The notes beneath the pieces are model-generated. The model worked only from the letters and a program-made list of their open reading frames with translations, had not been told where the DNA came from and did no database searches. The position numbers and the translations under genes are program-made. A DNA stretch of 64,000 nucleotides from an uncultured Chloroflexia bacterium. Lineage in GTDB: Bacteria; Chloroflexota; Chloroflexia; Thermomicrobiales; UBA6265. Position 1 is the stretch's first letter; every line of letters begins with the position of its first letter. The stretch lies in the NCBI GenBank assembly GCA_963724295.1, contig CAVRUC010000010.1:160001-224000 (forward strand), in the 5' to 3' direction. Positions 50,246 through 59,461 of the stretch are shown here, one piece after another.

Positions 50246-51661
50246 ATGACGTGGACATCGCTCCAGCGCAAAACCCAGGCGGTCGGTCCATTTTCCAGGC
50301 TCTTGATCGCGGTCCTGGCGGCGGTCGCCCTGATCTCTGGCGTTCTCAACATTCGTCCGGCGCTGGAGAGCGTCTCCGGCGCGGGTGCGATCGAGGTACC
50401 CGGGGCATCGGCGGTTGACCAGCTTGTCGGTCTCCCGGAGCGGCCGGAGACGGCGCTCGACGCCCGCATCCGGACGCTTCAGGACACGCTGCGCGGCGGC
50501 GACGAGCGCGCTATGGGGCTCGCCTCGACGATGCTGGGTCAGGCCTACTTGCAGAAAGCGCGCGAAACGGGCGATCCGGGCTACTACCCAAAGGCTGAAA
50601 CCCTCTTCCATCAGGCGCTCGCCGCCAACGCCGCCGACGGCGAGGCGATGGTCGGTCTCGGGACGCTCGCCCTGGCCCGCCACCAGTTCGCCGCGGCCCT
50701 CGACTGGGGCGAGCGGGCCCGCGCCCTCAATCCCCAGCACGCCCCGGTCTATGGCGTGATCGGCGACGCCCAGATCGAGCTCGGTCGCTACGACGACGCG
50801 GTCGAGACCGTGCAGGCGATGGTCGATCTGCGCCCGGATCTCGGCTCCTACTCCCGGGTTTCCTATGTCCGGGAATTGCTGGGCGACCGGGACGGCGCGG
50901 TGGCCGCGATGGAGCAAGCGGCGACCGCCGGCTCCGGCTACGCCGAAAATGTCGCCTGGGTCCACGTCCAGCTCGGCAACCTTCGCTTCGACGGCGGCGA
51001 TATCGACAACGCCGGGCACGACTATGCCGCGGCGCTCGCTGCCGTGCCGGGCTATGCCCCGGCCCTCGCCGGGCAGGCGCGGGTGGCGGCCGCTCGCGGC
51101 GACCTCGACGCCGCCGCCACGCTCTACGATCGGGCGGTACGGGCCATCCCCCTGCCGGAGTTTGTCATCGGGTACGGCGACGTGCTGAGCGCCGCCGGGC
51201 GAGAAGACGAGGCGAACGCGCAGTACGCGCTCGTCACCGCCATCCAGCAGCTGCACGCCGCGAACGGCGTCGACACCGATCTCGAGCTGGCCCTCTTCAC
51301 CGCCGACCATGGCCGTGCCGAGGATTTGCCACACGCAGTCGCCCAGGCCCGGGCGCAGGTCACGGTGCGCCCGAGCATCGTCGCCTGGGACGTCCTCGCC
51401 TGGACCCTCTACCGCAGCGGCGATTTCGACGGCGCGGCCGAAGCCAGCAACGAGGCCCTTCGCCTCGGCACCCAGAACGCGCTGATGCGCTTCCACGCCG
51501 GGATGATCGCCGCCGCTCGGGGAGAGACGGCCCAGGCGATCGCGCTCCTCGAAAGCGCTCTCGAGCTCAACCCGCACTTCTCGGTCCGCTTCGCACCCGA
51601 GGCCCGCGCCACCCTCGAGCGACTTCGTGCGCTCCCAATTGCGGGAGAGGAGGTCTCATGA
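50246..51661 (+). CDS. Tetratricopeptide repeat protein with N-terminal membrane anchor
   Basis: LGQAYLQKARETGDP.YY.KAE, LALARHQF..A, GDAQIELGRYD.A, DLRP.L.SYSRVSY.REL.G; helical TPR pattern. Confidence 0.88.
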   Translation: MTWTSLQRKTQAVGPFSRLLIAVLAAVALISGVLNIRPALESVSGAGAIEVPGASAVDQLVGLPERPETALDARIRTLQDTLRGGDERAMGLASTMLGQAYLQKARETGDPGYYPKAETLFHQALAANAADGEAMVGLGTLALARHQFAAALDWGERARALNPQHAPVYGVIGDAQIELGRYDDAVETVQAMVDLRPDLGSYSRVSYVRELLGDRDGAVAAMEQAATAGSGYAENVAWVHVQLGNLRFDGGDIDNAGHDYAAALAAVPGYAPALAGQARVAAARGDLDAAATLYDRAVRAIPLPEFVIGYGDVLSAAGREDEANAQYALVTAIQQLHAANGVDTDLELALFTADHGRAEDLPHAVAQARAQVTVRPSIVAWDVLAWTLYRSGDFDGAAEASNEALRLGTQNALMRFHAGMIAAARGETAQAIALLESALELNPHFSVRFAPEARATLERLRALPIAGEEVS

Positions 51662-53228
51662 GAGCCACACCATCTAGCAACCGTCGAGTCGCTGGGGTCA
51701 TCGCATTCGTAACTGTCGCGCTCCTTGGGTTGGGTCCTAGCAACACCCGTGGCGGCGCATCCCGCTTGGCAATTTCAGCGTCAACCAGTACAGCCGGATC
51801 GAGATCGGCACGGACCAGGCGCGTCTGCTCTACGTGCTCGATCTGGCCGAGCTGCCGACCGTGGCCGATAGACCGCTGCTCGATAGTGACGGGGACGGTG
51901 CGATCGCCGGCGCGGAGCGCGAGTCGTACCTTGCGGCCAAGCTGTCCGAGATCGCGCCCGCGCTCCACCTCTTCGCTGGCTCGACCGAGCTCGCCCTGCG
52001 ACCCACCGCGCAATCGCTGGCCCTCGTGCCCGGTGAGGCCGGGCTCGACACGACCCGCGTCGAAGTCACCTTCATCGCCGACCTGCCGCCGCTCGCGGGC
52101 GACGCGGGACAGCTCACATTCCGCAACGATTTCGCGAGCGACCGCCTGGGCTGGCGGGAGATCGTCGTCGCCAACGGTCCCGACGTCAGCATCGACAGGT
52201 CAGCCGAGCTCGCCTTCGATCGATCAAACGCGCTGCACGTCTATCCCGACGATCTCCTCTCCAGTCCCCTCGACGAGCGAACCGTGACCGTTGCCTACCA
52301 GTCCTCGCCCGGCGCCGCGGCGGCGAGCGCAGAGCGCGCCACGATGGCGTCAGGTCCGGCGGGCATCGGCCAGCACCTGGAGGAGATCATCAGCGGCGGG
52401 ACCCGCTCCACGAGCGGATTGCTCCTGGCCCTCGTCGCCGCGGCGGCATGGGGCGCGGTGCATGCCCTCTCCCCCGGACACGGCAAGACCGTGGTCGGCG
52501 CCTATCTGGTCGGCAGCCGGGGCACGCCCCGTCACGCGCTCTTCCTGGGGCTGACCGTCACCATCACGCACACCGCCGGAGTGATCGCGCTGGGGCTGAT
52601 CATCCTCTTCGCGTCGCGCACGATCTTGCCGGAGCAGCTCTATCCGTGGCTGAGCTTAGCCTCCGGCCTCCTCGTCGCCGTCCTCGGTCTGACCATCCTG
52701 CGGCAGCGGCTCCTGGGTCTGCCCGCCTTTGGCCACCATCATGACGATCACAGCCATGGCCACGATCACGACCACGACCACGCACATGAATACGGCCATG
52801 ACCACGATCACTCAGACGAGCACGCCCACGCGCATGCCCACGGGCTCGTTCACTCGCACGATGGGCACGTCCATAGCCATCTCCCGCCCGGCGCCGCAGG
52901 CGAGCGCTTGACCTGGCGCAGCCTGCTGGCCCTGGGGATCTCCGGCGGGCTCCTCCCCTGCCCGTCAGCCCTGCTCGCCTTGCTGGGCGCGGTCGCGGTC
53001 GGTCGCGCCGGGTTCGGTCTGATGGTCGTGGTGTCCTTCAGCCTGGGGCTAGCGGCCACGCTAACCGGCGTCGGGCTCCTCTTCCTCTACGCCGGTCGCT
53101 TCCTGGAGCGGCGCGCCCTCACCGGTCGCTGGTCCGGCATCCTCCGGTTCGCTCCGGCCCTTGCCGCGGTAGCGGTTACCGCCTCCGGCGCCATGATCGT
53201 CGCCCGGTCACTGCTGGAACTCCGCTGA
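51658..53228 (+). CDS. His-rich nickel/cobalt transporter (NicO/RcnA type) with extracellular N-domain; frameshifts near the 5' end
   Basis: AAHP(L)GNFSVNQY N-terminal motif, GAVHALSPGHGKT, TITHTAGV, long His/Asp loop, GISGGLLPCPSAL. Confidence 0.85.
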
Positions 53229-53412
53229 ATCTGCCCTCGCTCTCGTTGAGGGAGCGTTCACCGAGGTTCGTGCCGGGTCCACTCCTGTCACCCAATTGAC
53301 TCACAACCTGTCATCCCGTTGACGGCGCTGCCAAGCCACGGCTGCTGCAATGGATGCACGGCTCCGAAGCGTTCAGGGCCGGGCAGATCAGCAGATCAGA
53401 GGAGGTGCCGCC

Positions 53413-53916
53413 GTGGACAATTTCGGTTTCGATGATATGGCGAAAGCCCTCGCCACCCCCCTCACACGACGCGCGAGCTTTGGTCTTATTGCCGCTGGCC
53501 TGCTTGGCCTGACCTCGGTTACCGACGACGCAATGGCTCGCAAGCGCAAAAAGCGGCGCAACAACAACAACCGTTGCAAGTCGCAGGGAACGACCTGCGC
53601 CACCGGCGAATCCTGCTGCTCAGGCACGTGCGACTTCCTCGTCAAGGGAGGCACCTGCGCTCCCTGCAAGGGCCGTTCATGCGATGCCACGCGGCCGTGC
53701 TGCGGTGGTCAGGTTTGCACGAACGGGTACTGCGGAGGCTGCCGGGACCGCGCTGTGTCCTGCACGAGCTCCAGCCAATGCTGCTTCAGCGACTGCATCA
53801 GCGGCGCCTGCCTGTCGGCGCAGGGTGGGCGGTGCGCGCGCGACGTCGATTGCCGCGCCTGCTACCTCGGCCAGAACTGCGACGGCGCCTGTGTGAACGG
53901 CAGCTGCACGGCCTGA
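53413..53916 (+). CDS. Tat-type secreted cysteine-rich protein (24 Cys)
   Basis: RBS GGAGG, FDD.AKAL...LTRR..FG signal, basic linker, then four 6-Cys modules. Confidence 0.8.
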   Translation: MDNFGFDDMAKALATPLTRRASFGLIAAGLLGLTSVTDDAMARKRKKRRNNNNRCKSQGTTCATGESCCSGTCDFLVKGGTCAPCKGRSCDATRPCCGGQVCTNGYCGGCRDRAVSCTSSSQCCFSDCISGACLSAQGGRCARDVDCRACYLGQNCDGACVNGSCTA

Positions 53917-54026
53917 GCGCGGGTCAGCGGCGCCAAAAACCGCGCCACCGGTACGCATCGTGCGTGACAGTTCCCGCTGCCCGGCGGCGTCCGGGCTGAA
54001 GATGGCACCTGGAGCGGAGGCACACG

Positions 54027-54245
54027 ATGGCGAAGCGGGACCACGACAAGGACCAGGATCTCGATCCGGCAGGCGCTCACGGCGGCGATACTGGCAAGTC
54101 GTCCTTCAAGGGTGATGGCCCCCAGGCGGAGAAGGGTGACCAGCGTCGCGACACCCCCGTCCACAGCGGCCCGACCCGCCGCGGCTCACAGGGGACGGGC
54201 AGCAAGCACGGCAAGCGCTCCGGCTCCGAGAGCAACGCCTCCTAG
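54027..54245 (+). CDS. Small hydrophilic, probably disordered protein (72 aa)
   Basis: RBS GGAGG and ATG; G/K/D/S-rich; coding-like codon usage. Confidence 0.55.
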   Translation: MAKRDHDKDQDLDPAGAHGGDTGKSSFKGDGPQAEKGDQRRDTPVHSGPTRRGSQGTGSKHGKRSGSESNAS

Positions 54246-54350
54246 GAGCAGCGCCCCAACCGCCGGCCGCGAGCGAACCCACCGCAACCGCGGCCGCGCC
54301 AGGGGCCGCAGACACGCCCCGGGCTTCACGGAACTGCCGGCAGGACCGGC

Positions 54351-54836
54351 CTACGACGAACCACCAAGCCCGCAGCAGAACTCCGCGATCTGGGCGCTGT
54401 GCTCCCGCTTGTGGCCGTACGACATGTAGGTGATCAGATCCTCGAGGTCGTACTCCGCCCCGTACCAGGAGAGAATGCCGGCTTGCCGTCGTTGCTCGAG
54501 CGGAATTCGCGCCAGCATCTCCGCGGCGCGCTCGTGGGCCTGGGTGTACTCGGCGAGGGTCTCTTCTGAACTCTGCCCGCGCCGCTGCTCGACCTGGGTG
54601 TCGTTGAAGGCCTCACCCCGGCTCATCATCAGACCGAGCGTCTCGGTCGGTTCTTCACCCAGAATGCCGGCGAACGCGTCCCCGGTCGCCAGCTCGTACG
54701 ACGCGAGATGGGCGATCACGTCCTTCGCCGACCAGACCCCGCAGACGCCGGGCGTCTCCCACTGCTCGGCCGGAAACCCCTCGACGGCGCCAAGAACGGT
54801 GAGATGACCGTAGCGGAAGACATCGTCGGCGTTCAT
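54351..54836 (-). CDS. DinB/MDMPI-like protein
   Basis: GVWSAKDVIAHL..YE, YGHKREH..QI; RBS AGGAGG. Confidence 0.8.
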   Translation of the reverse strand: MNADDVFRYGHLTVLGAVEGFPAEQWETPGVCGVWSAKDVIAHLASYELATGDAFAGILGEEPTETLGLMMSRGEAFNDTQVEQRRGQSSEETLAEYTQAHERAAEMLARIPLEQRRQAGILSWYGAEYDLEDLITYMSYGHKREHSAQIAEFCCGLGGSS

Positions 54837-54920
54837 CGGTCGGCCCTCCTGCGTTGACGGTTGCCTGGTATCGGAGACCGTTCGCTGCGTTTCCCGCCAA
54901 TCCTACAGGTCAATGACCCC

Positions 54921-56090
54921 CTACGCCGCAAGCTCGCGCATGACCGCGTAGAGCGGCGCTTTCAGCTCGAAGCCGATGCCCGGGGCGTCGGGCAAGGCGA
55001 CGTAGCCGTTCTCGACCGGAACCGTGTCGGCGAAGCCGCCGAAGGGCTGGAAGATGCCGGGGTACGACTCGTTCCCGCCCAGCCCCAACCCGGCGGCCAT
55101 GTTGAGCGAGATCTGGTGCCCGCCGTGGGGGACGACCGTCCGCCGCGACCATCCGTGCTCGTCCAGCATGTCGAGGATGCGCAGATACTCGACCAGTCCG
55201 TACGAGAGGGCGCAGTCGAACTGCAGGACGTCCCGGTCCGGGCGCATCCCGCCGTAGCGAATCAGATTGCGTGCATCCTGCACCGAGAAGAGGTTCTCCC
55301 CGGTCGCCAGGGTATTGGGATAGACCTCGCCTAGCCTTGCCTGGAGCTCGTAGTCGAGCGGGTCTCCCGCCTCCTCGTACCAGCGCAGCCCATACGGCGC
55401 CAGCGCGTCGGCGTAGGCCAATGCCGTCTCCAGGTCGAAGCGGCCGTTGGCGTCGACCGCCAGGCGGGAGCCATCGCCGTCCACAACCTGCAGCACGGCC
55501 TCGATCCGGCGCAGATCCTCATCCAGGGACGCACCGCCGATCTTCATCTTCACCGTCGTGTAGCCCAGGGCCAGATAGCCCCGCATCTCCGCCTGCAGCG
55601 CCGCGAGATCCTTGCCCGGCTCGTAGTACCCACCGGCGGCGTAGACCCACACCCGGTCGTCGACCTCGCCGTTCCGGTAGCGATCGGCCAGCACCCGGTA
55701 GAGCGGTTTCTCCTCGATCTTGGCGACCACGTCCCAGATGGCCATGTCGATGACGCCGACCGCGACCGAGCGCTCGCCGTGCCCACCCGGTTTCTCACCG
55801 GTCATCAGCGTCGCCCAGATGCGGTGCGGATCGAAATTCTGGCCGTCATCGGCTAGGAGAGACGGCGGGTCGGCCTCCATCAGCCGCGGGATGAAGCGAT
55901 CCCGTAGCAGACCGTGCGGCGCGTAGCGGCCATTCGAATTGAACCCGTAGCCGACAACGCGGCGGCCATCCCGCTCGACGTCGGTGATGACCGCGATGAC
56001 CGAGACGTCCATCTTGCTGAAGTCGATGTAGGCATTCTTCAGCGACGAGGAGATCGGCACGGTCGTCTGCCGGACGTCGACGATTCTCAT
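54921..56090 (-). CDS. Mandelate racemase/enolase superfamily enzyme, D-tartrate dehydratase-like
   Basis: NAYIDFSKM, GYGFNSNGRY, EKPGGHGERSVAVG, KMKIGG, VDANG, WYEE, TGENLFS, PHGGH. Confidence 0.88.
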   Translation of the reverse strand: MRIVDVRQTTVPISSSLKNAYIDFSKMDVSVIAVITDVERDGRRVVGYGFNSNGRYAPHGLLRDRFIPRLMEADPPSLLADDGQNFDPHRIWATLMTGEKPGGHGERSVAVGVIDMAIWDVVAKIEEKPLYRVLADRYRNGEVDDRVWVYAAGGYYEPGKDLAALQAEMRGYLALGYTTVKMKIGGASLDEDLRRIEAVLQVVDGDGSRLAVDANGRFDLETALAYADALAPYGLRWYEEAGDPLDYELQARLGEVYPNTLATGENLFSVQDARNLIRYGGMRPDRDVLQFDCALSYGLVEYLRILDMLDEHGWSRRTVVPHGGHQISLNMAAGLGLGGNESYPGIFQPFGGFADTVPVENGYVALPDAPGIGFELKAPLYAVMRELAA

Positions 56091-56106
56091 TGATACTCCT
56101 GTTTGG

Positions 56107-57291
56107 TCAGGCGCGGAAATCGCCCTTTGCGATCGACCCCGGATTGTCATGGCGGAAGGTGCTGAAGGCCAGGCCCGTCACTCCCGGTTGCTGCAGCACG
56201 CCGGTCTCCGCCTCGTCACAGCGCGGGCTCCACTGCCGGGCGACGACGAGCTCGATCCCCGTCCGTTGCGCCACCGGGCCGTAGTCTTCCCGTAGCATCG
56301 TCTCCAGCGGCGGTAGGTTGAGGTTGTCGAGCGGATTCTGGCGATAGCCATAGCCGCGGTGCATCGGCCAGAGCTGGTGCCACATCGACGGACACTGCGA
56401 GGAATTCTGGTCGATCACCAGGGCGTCGATGAGCCCCTCCTCGGCCCACCTGCGCCACCCGATCGGCCAGTTGCCAACCGGCGGTCCGATGATGTCGCCT
56501 CGCGGCACGCCCACCGAGAGCCGGGTTCCGAGCGGGCGCAAATCGTCACGCAGCTCGCGCAGAAACGTCGTGAAGAACTCGCCGTTCACGGTCCGCCAGG
56601 CGTCGAGGTCGAAATCCTGATGGAGAATGTCGACGCCGTGCCGCTCCCGCATCGCCTCCTGCACCGGCTCGTTGAACCCAAACTGGTCGGCGAAGATCGC
56701 CGGTCTCGCCTGGGTGCGCAGGCAAAGAAAGACGCCATCCCAGTCATACCCACGCAGGTACTCCTGGATACGATCGCGGAAATGCTGGCGCACCTCGGGA
56801 TAGCCGAAGCAAAGGACGCCCCACTGCCGCGTCTCCCCGGCGCGATCGACGACGGCGAACTCCGGATGTGCCCGGCTGAAGGTCGATTGCCAGGTGACGT
56901 GCTGGCCGTGCATGGCGTTGTGGAAGCTGCGCTCGCGCTCCCGCCGCGATGGCAGCGGGCGTCCCTCGTCGAGGACCGAGACGTAGAGCTCAGCCCGCAT
57001 GCCGCGCTCGTGAGCCAGACGTGGCACGACCGCGAAATCGTCCCAATCGATCTCGCGGATGCGTCGCTGGTGCGTGCGCGGGTTACCGGCCGACGCGTAG
57101 TAGCGCGCGTGGTCGCGCCTGGTACGCACCTCGCGCCAGTGCAGCGTGGTGGCTCCAAGCTCCTCTCGCCAGCGGTCCATCCGCCGCGCGACGGCGTCGA
57201 TCGTCGCCAGCCGCCCGTCGCCCTCACCGAAAACGAGGTGATCGGGCCACGAGACGCTGGCGATGTTGCCGCTCTGACCGTGCCCTGTCAT
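56107..57291 (-). CDS. Uncharacterised GHL10-like TIM-barrel protein
   Basis: AHERGM...Y, F...HPEF..VDR.G, LCFGYPEVR, YDWDGVF, W..W..EGLID.L pattern of glycosyl-hydrolase-like family 10 proteins. Confidence 0.6.
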   Translation of the reverse strand: MTGHGQSGNIASVSWPDHLVFGEGDGRLATIDAVARRMDRWREELGATTLHWREVRTRRDHARYYASAGNPRTHQRRIREIDWDDFAVVPRLAHERGMRAELYVSVLDEGRPLPSRRERERSFHNAMHGQHVTWQSTFSRAHPEFAVVDRAGETRQWGVLCFGYPEVRQHFRDRIQEYLRGYDWDGVFLCLRTQARPAIFADQFGFNEPVQEAMRERHGVDILHQDFDLDAWRTVNGEFFTTFLRELRDDLRPLGTRLSVGVPRGDIIGPPVGNWPIGWRRWAEEGLIDALVIDQNSSQCPSMWHQLWPMHRGYGYRQNPLDNLNLPPLETMLREDYGPVAQRTGIELVVARQWSPRCDEAETGVLQQPGVTGLAFSTFRHDNPGSIAKGDFRA

Positions 57292-57362
57292 GCGAGACCG
57301 ACGCTCTTCTGTCGATTGCGCCTCGTTTTGCTTGGTAAAAGAGAGCAAACGACGGTGCGACT

Positions 57363-58361
57363 TCACGTCCGACTTCCGACTCCGCCAGCGGCAACGGTCT
57401 CCCGACTCCGTTGGAAGTAGCGCCAGCGTTGCGCCGGATCGGTGACGGTCCGCGCCCAGGTGGCCAGCAGGTTGAGCGAGAGCGCGGTCAACAGGATCGC
57501 CAGACCGGGGAAGGTGACCAGCCACCAGGCGGTGGTGATGTACTGCCGGCCCTGCGAGAGCATCAGCCCCCAGGACGATTGCGGCGGCTGGATTCCGAGA
57601 CCGAGGAAGCTCAACGCGGCTTCGGTGAGGATCATGTAGGCGACTTCGAGAGTCGCCAGCACCACGATCGGCGAGAGCAGATTCGGCAGCAGATGACGCA
57701 GGATGATGCGGCGGTCAGTGCATCCGGTCGCCCGCGCGGCTTCGACGAAGATATTCTCGCGGTAAGAGAGCACCAGACCCCGCGTCACCCGTGCGTAGAC
57801 CATCCAGCGGGTGATGGCGAGCACGAAGATGACGTTCAAGACCCCACCGCCGATGACATAGAGGACGAACAGCGCCAAGAGCAGCGACGGGAATCCCATC
57901 TGGATGTCGACCAGGCGCATGATCGCGTCGTCGACATGCCCGCGATAGAACCCGGCCAGGAGACCCAGGATCGTGCCGACGGTCCCGGAAATGAAAACGC
58001 TCACCAGACCGACAGCCAGTGAGACACGGCTACCAAAGATGAGCCGGCTCAGCTCGTCCCGCCCCAGCTGGTCGGTACCCATGATGTGGGGAATCGACCC
58101 GCCGTCTTCGGGCATCGTCATCGGCGGCTTGTTGCGCATGAGCAGGCTCTGGTCGTTCGGGTCGAAGGGGGCGACCAGCGGCGCGAAGATCGCCGAGATG
58201 GCCAGCAGCACGAGGAAGATGCAGGCCCCGACCGCCAGCTTGTCCTGGAGCAGCGCGCCGCCATAGACCCGCAATCGGCTCGCGGGCGCCGAGCGCATCG
58301 CGTCGTCATACCGCGTCAGTGCCGGCGGCGCGGCCGGGATCGCCTCGCTTACCCCGCTCAT
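57363..58361 (-). CDS. Peptide-type ABC permease (DppC/OppC-like)
   Basis: HIMGTDQLGRD.LSRLIFG.RVSL.VG, EAA loop FVEAARATG, RHLLPN, EAALSFLGLG. Confidence 0.95.
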   Translation of the reverse strand: MSGVSEAIPAAPPALTRYDDAMRSAPASRLRVYGGALLQDKLAVGACIFLVLLAISAIFAPLVAPFDPNDQSLLMRNKPPMTMPEDGGSIPHIMGTDQLGRDELSRLIFGSRVSLAVGLVSVFISGTVGTILGLLAGFYRGHVDDAIMRLVDIQMGFPSLLLALFVLYVIGGGVLNVIFVLAITRWMVYARVTRGLVLSYRENIFVEAARATGCTDRRIILRHLLPNLLSPIVVLATLEVAYMILTEAALSFLGLGIQPPQSSWGLMLSQGRQYITTAWWLVTFPGLAILLTALSLNLLATWARTVTDPAQRWRYFQRSRETVAAGGVGSRT

Positions 58362-59275
58362 CCGTAGCGCACCCGCGGATCGAGGAAGGAATAGGTCAGG
58401 TCGATCAGCAGATTCACGGTCACGATCATGACCGCGATGACCATCACCGACGCTTCGATCAGCGGCAGATCACGCCGCTCGATCGCCTGGATCAGCAGGA
58501 TGCCGACCCCCGGCCAGCCGAAAACGGTCTCGATCACCACCGCGCCGTTCAGCAGCGACGCCGCCTCGTCGCCGACCAGGGTCGCCACCGGGATGGAGGC
58601 GTTCTTCAGGGTGTGGAGATAGACCACGACCCGCTCGGTGAGTCCTTTGGCGCGGGCGGTGGTCACGTACGGCTGGCTGAACTGATCCAGCATCGCGCTG
58701 CGCACCACCTGGCTGATGCGGCCCAGGGGCCGGAACGCCAGGGCCACCGCGGGCAGGATTACGAACTGAACCCCGCCGTAGCCAGAGGTCGGCAGCCAGC
58801 CGAGCCGGACCGCGAAAAACAGGATCAGCATCAGACCGAGCCAGAAATCAGCAGTCGAGACACCGCCCAGTGAGACGACCGTCACCGACCGATCGACGAC
58901 CGACCCGGGACGGATCGCCGAGATGATGCCGAGCAAGATTGCTAACGGCACAGCGAGCAGCAGCGTGGCCGAGGCGAGGTAGAGCGTCGCCGGCAGGCGG
59001 TCGAGCACGACCGGGAGGGCCGGCACCCGCTGCCAGATCGAATCGCCGAAGTCGCCCCGTACCACGCCGCCGAGGAAGCGCCCAAATTGGACCAGAATCG
59101 GATCGTTGAGACCGAGCCGCTCGCGCACGGCCTGTCGCTGCTCTTCAGTGGCCTCCGGCCGCAGCATCAGATCGACCGGGTCGCCGACGAGGTGCGTCAT
59201 GAAGAAGACGACCACGATCAGACCCAGCAGGACGAAGAAGGAATGCATGAGCCGGCGCAGCAGATACGGGCCGAT
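58358..59275 (-). CDS. Peptide-type ABC permease (DppB/OppB-like)
   Basis: GDPV, GLNDP...QF, GDFG.S, YV.TARAKGL, GAVVIETVF.WPG.G. Homology extends upstream of ATG 59248 to an ATC codon at 59275. Confidence 0.93.
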   Translation of the reverse strand: MGPYLLRRLMHSFFVLLGLIVVVFFMTHLVGDPVDLMLRPEATEEQRQAVRERLGLNDPILVQFGRFLGGVVRGDFGDSIWQRVPALPVVLDRLPATLYLASATLLLAVPLAILLGIISAIRPGSVVDRSVTVVSLGGVSTADFWLGLMLILFFAVRLGWLPTSGYGGVQFVILPAVALAFRPLGRISQVVRSAMLDQFSQPYVTTARAKGLTERVVVYLHTLKNASIPVATLVGDEAASLLNGAVVIETVFGWPGVGILLIQAIERRDLPLIEASVMVIAVMIVTVNLLIDLTYSFLDPRVRYG

Positions 59276-59291
59276 AGTCGTGTGCTCCTAC

Positions 59292-59456
59292 GGGAGGGGG
59301 GCGCTTCGCTGAGGGGGGAAGGGGGGTCGCTGCGCTCAAGGGGGGAAGGGGGATAGGACGACGAGCGATGCTATCCCTCGTACTCCTCTCCCCCTCAGGC
59401 CGCGTAGCGGCCGCCCCCCTCAGCGTAGCGCCCCCCTTAGCGAAGCGCCCCCCTTA
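59292..59456. repeat. Composite inverted repeat with G/C runs and GCG(A/T/C)AGC mini-hairpins
   Basis: GGGGGGCGCTTCGCTGAGGGGGG pairs with CCCCCCTTAGCGAAGCGCCCCCC; also GGCCGCGTAGCGGCC and CAGCGTAGCG. Confidence 0.65.
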
Positions 59457-59461
59457 CACCG

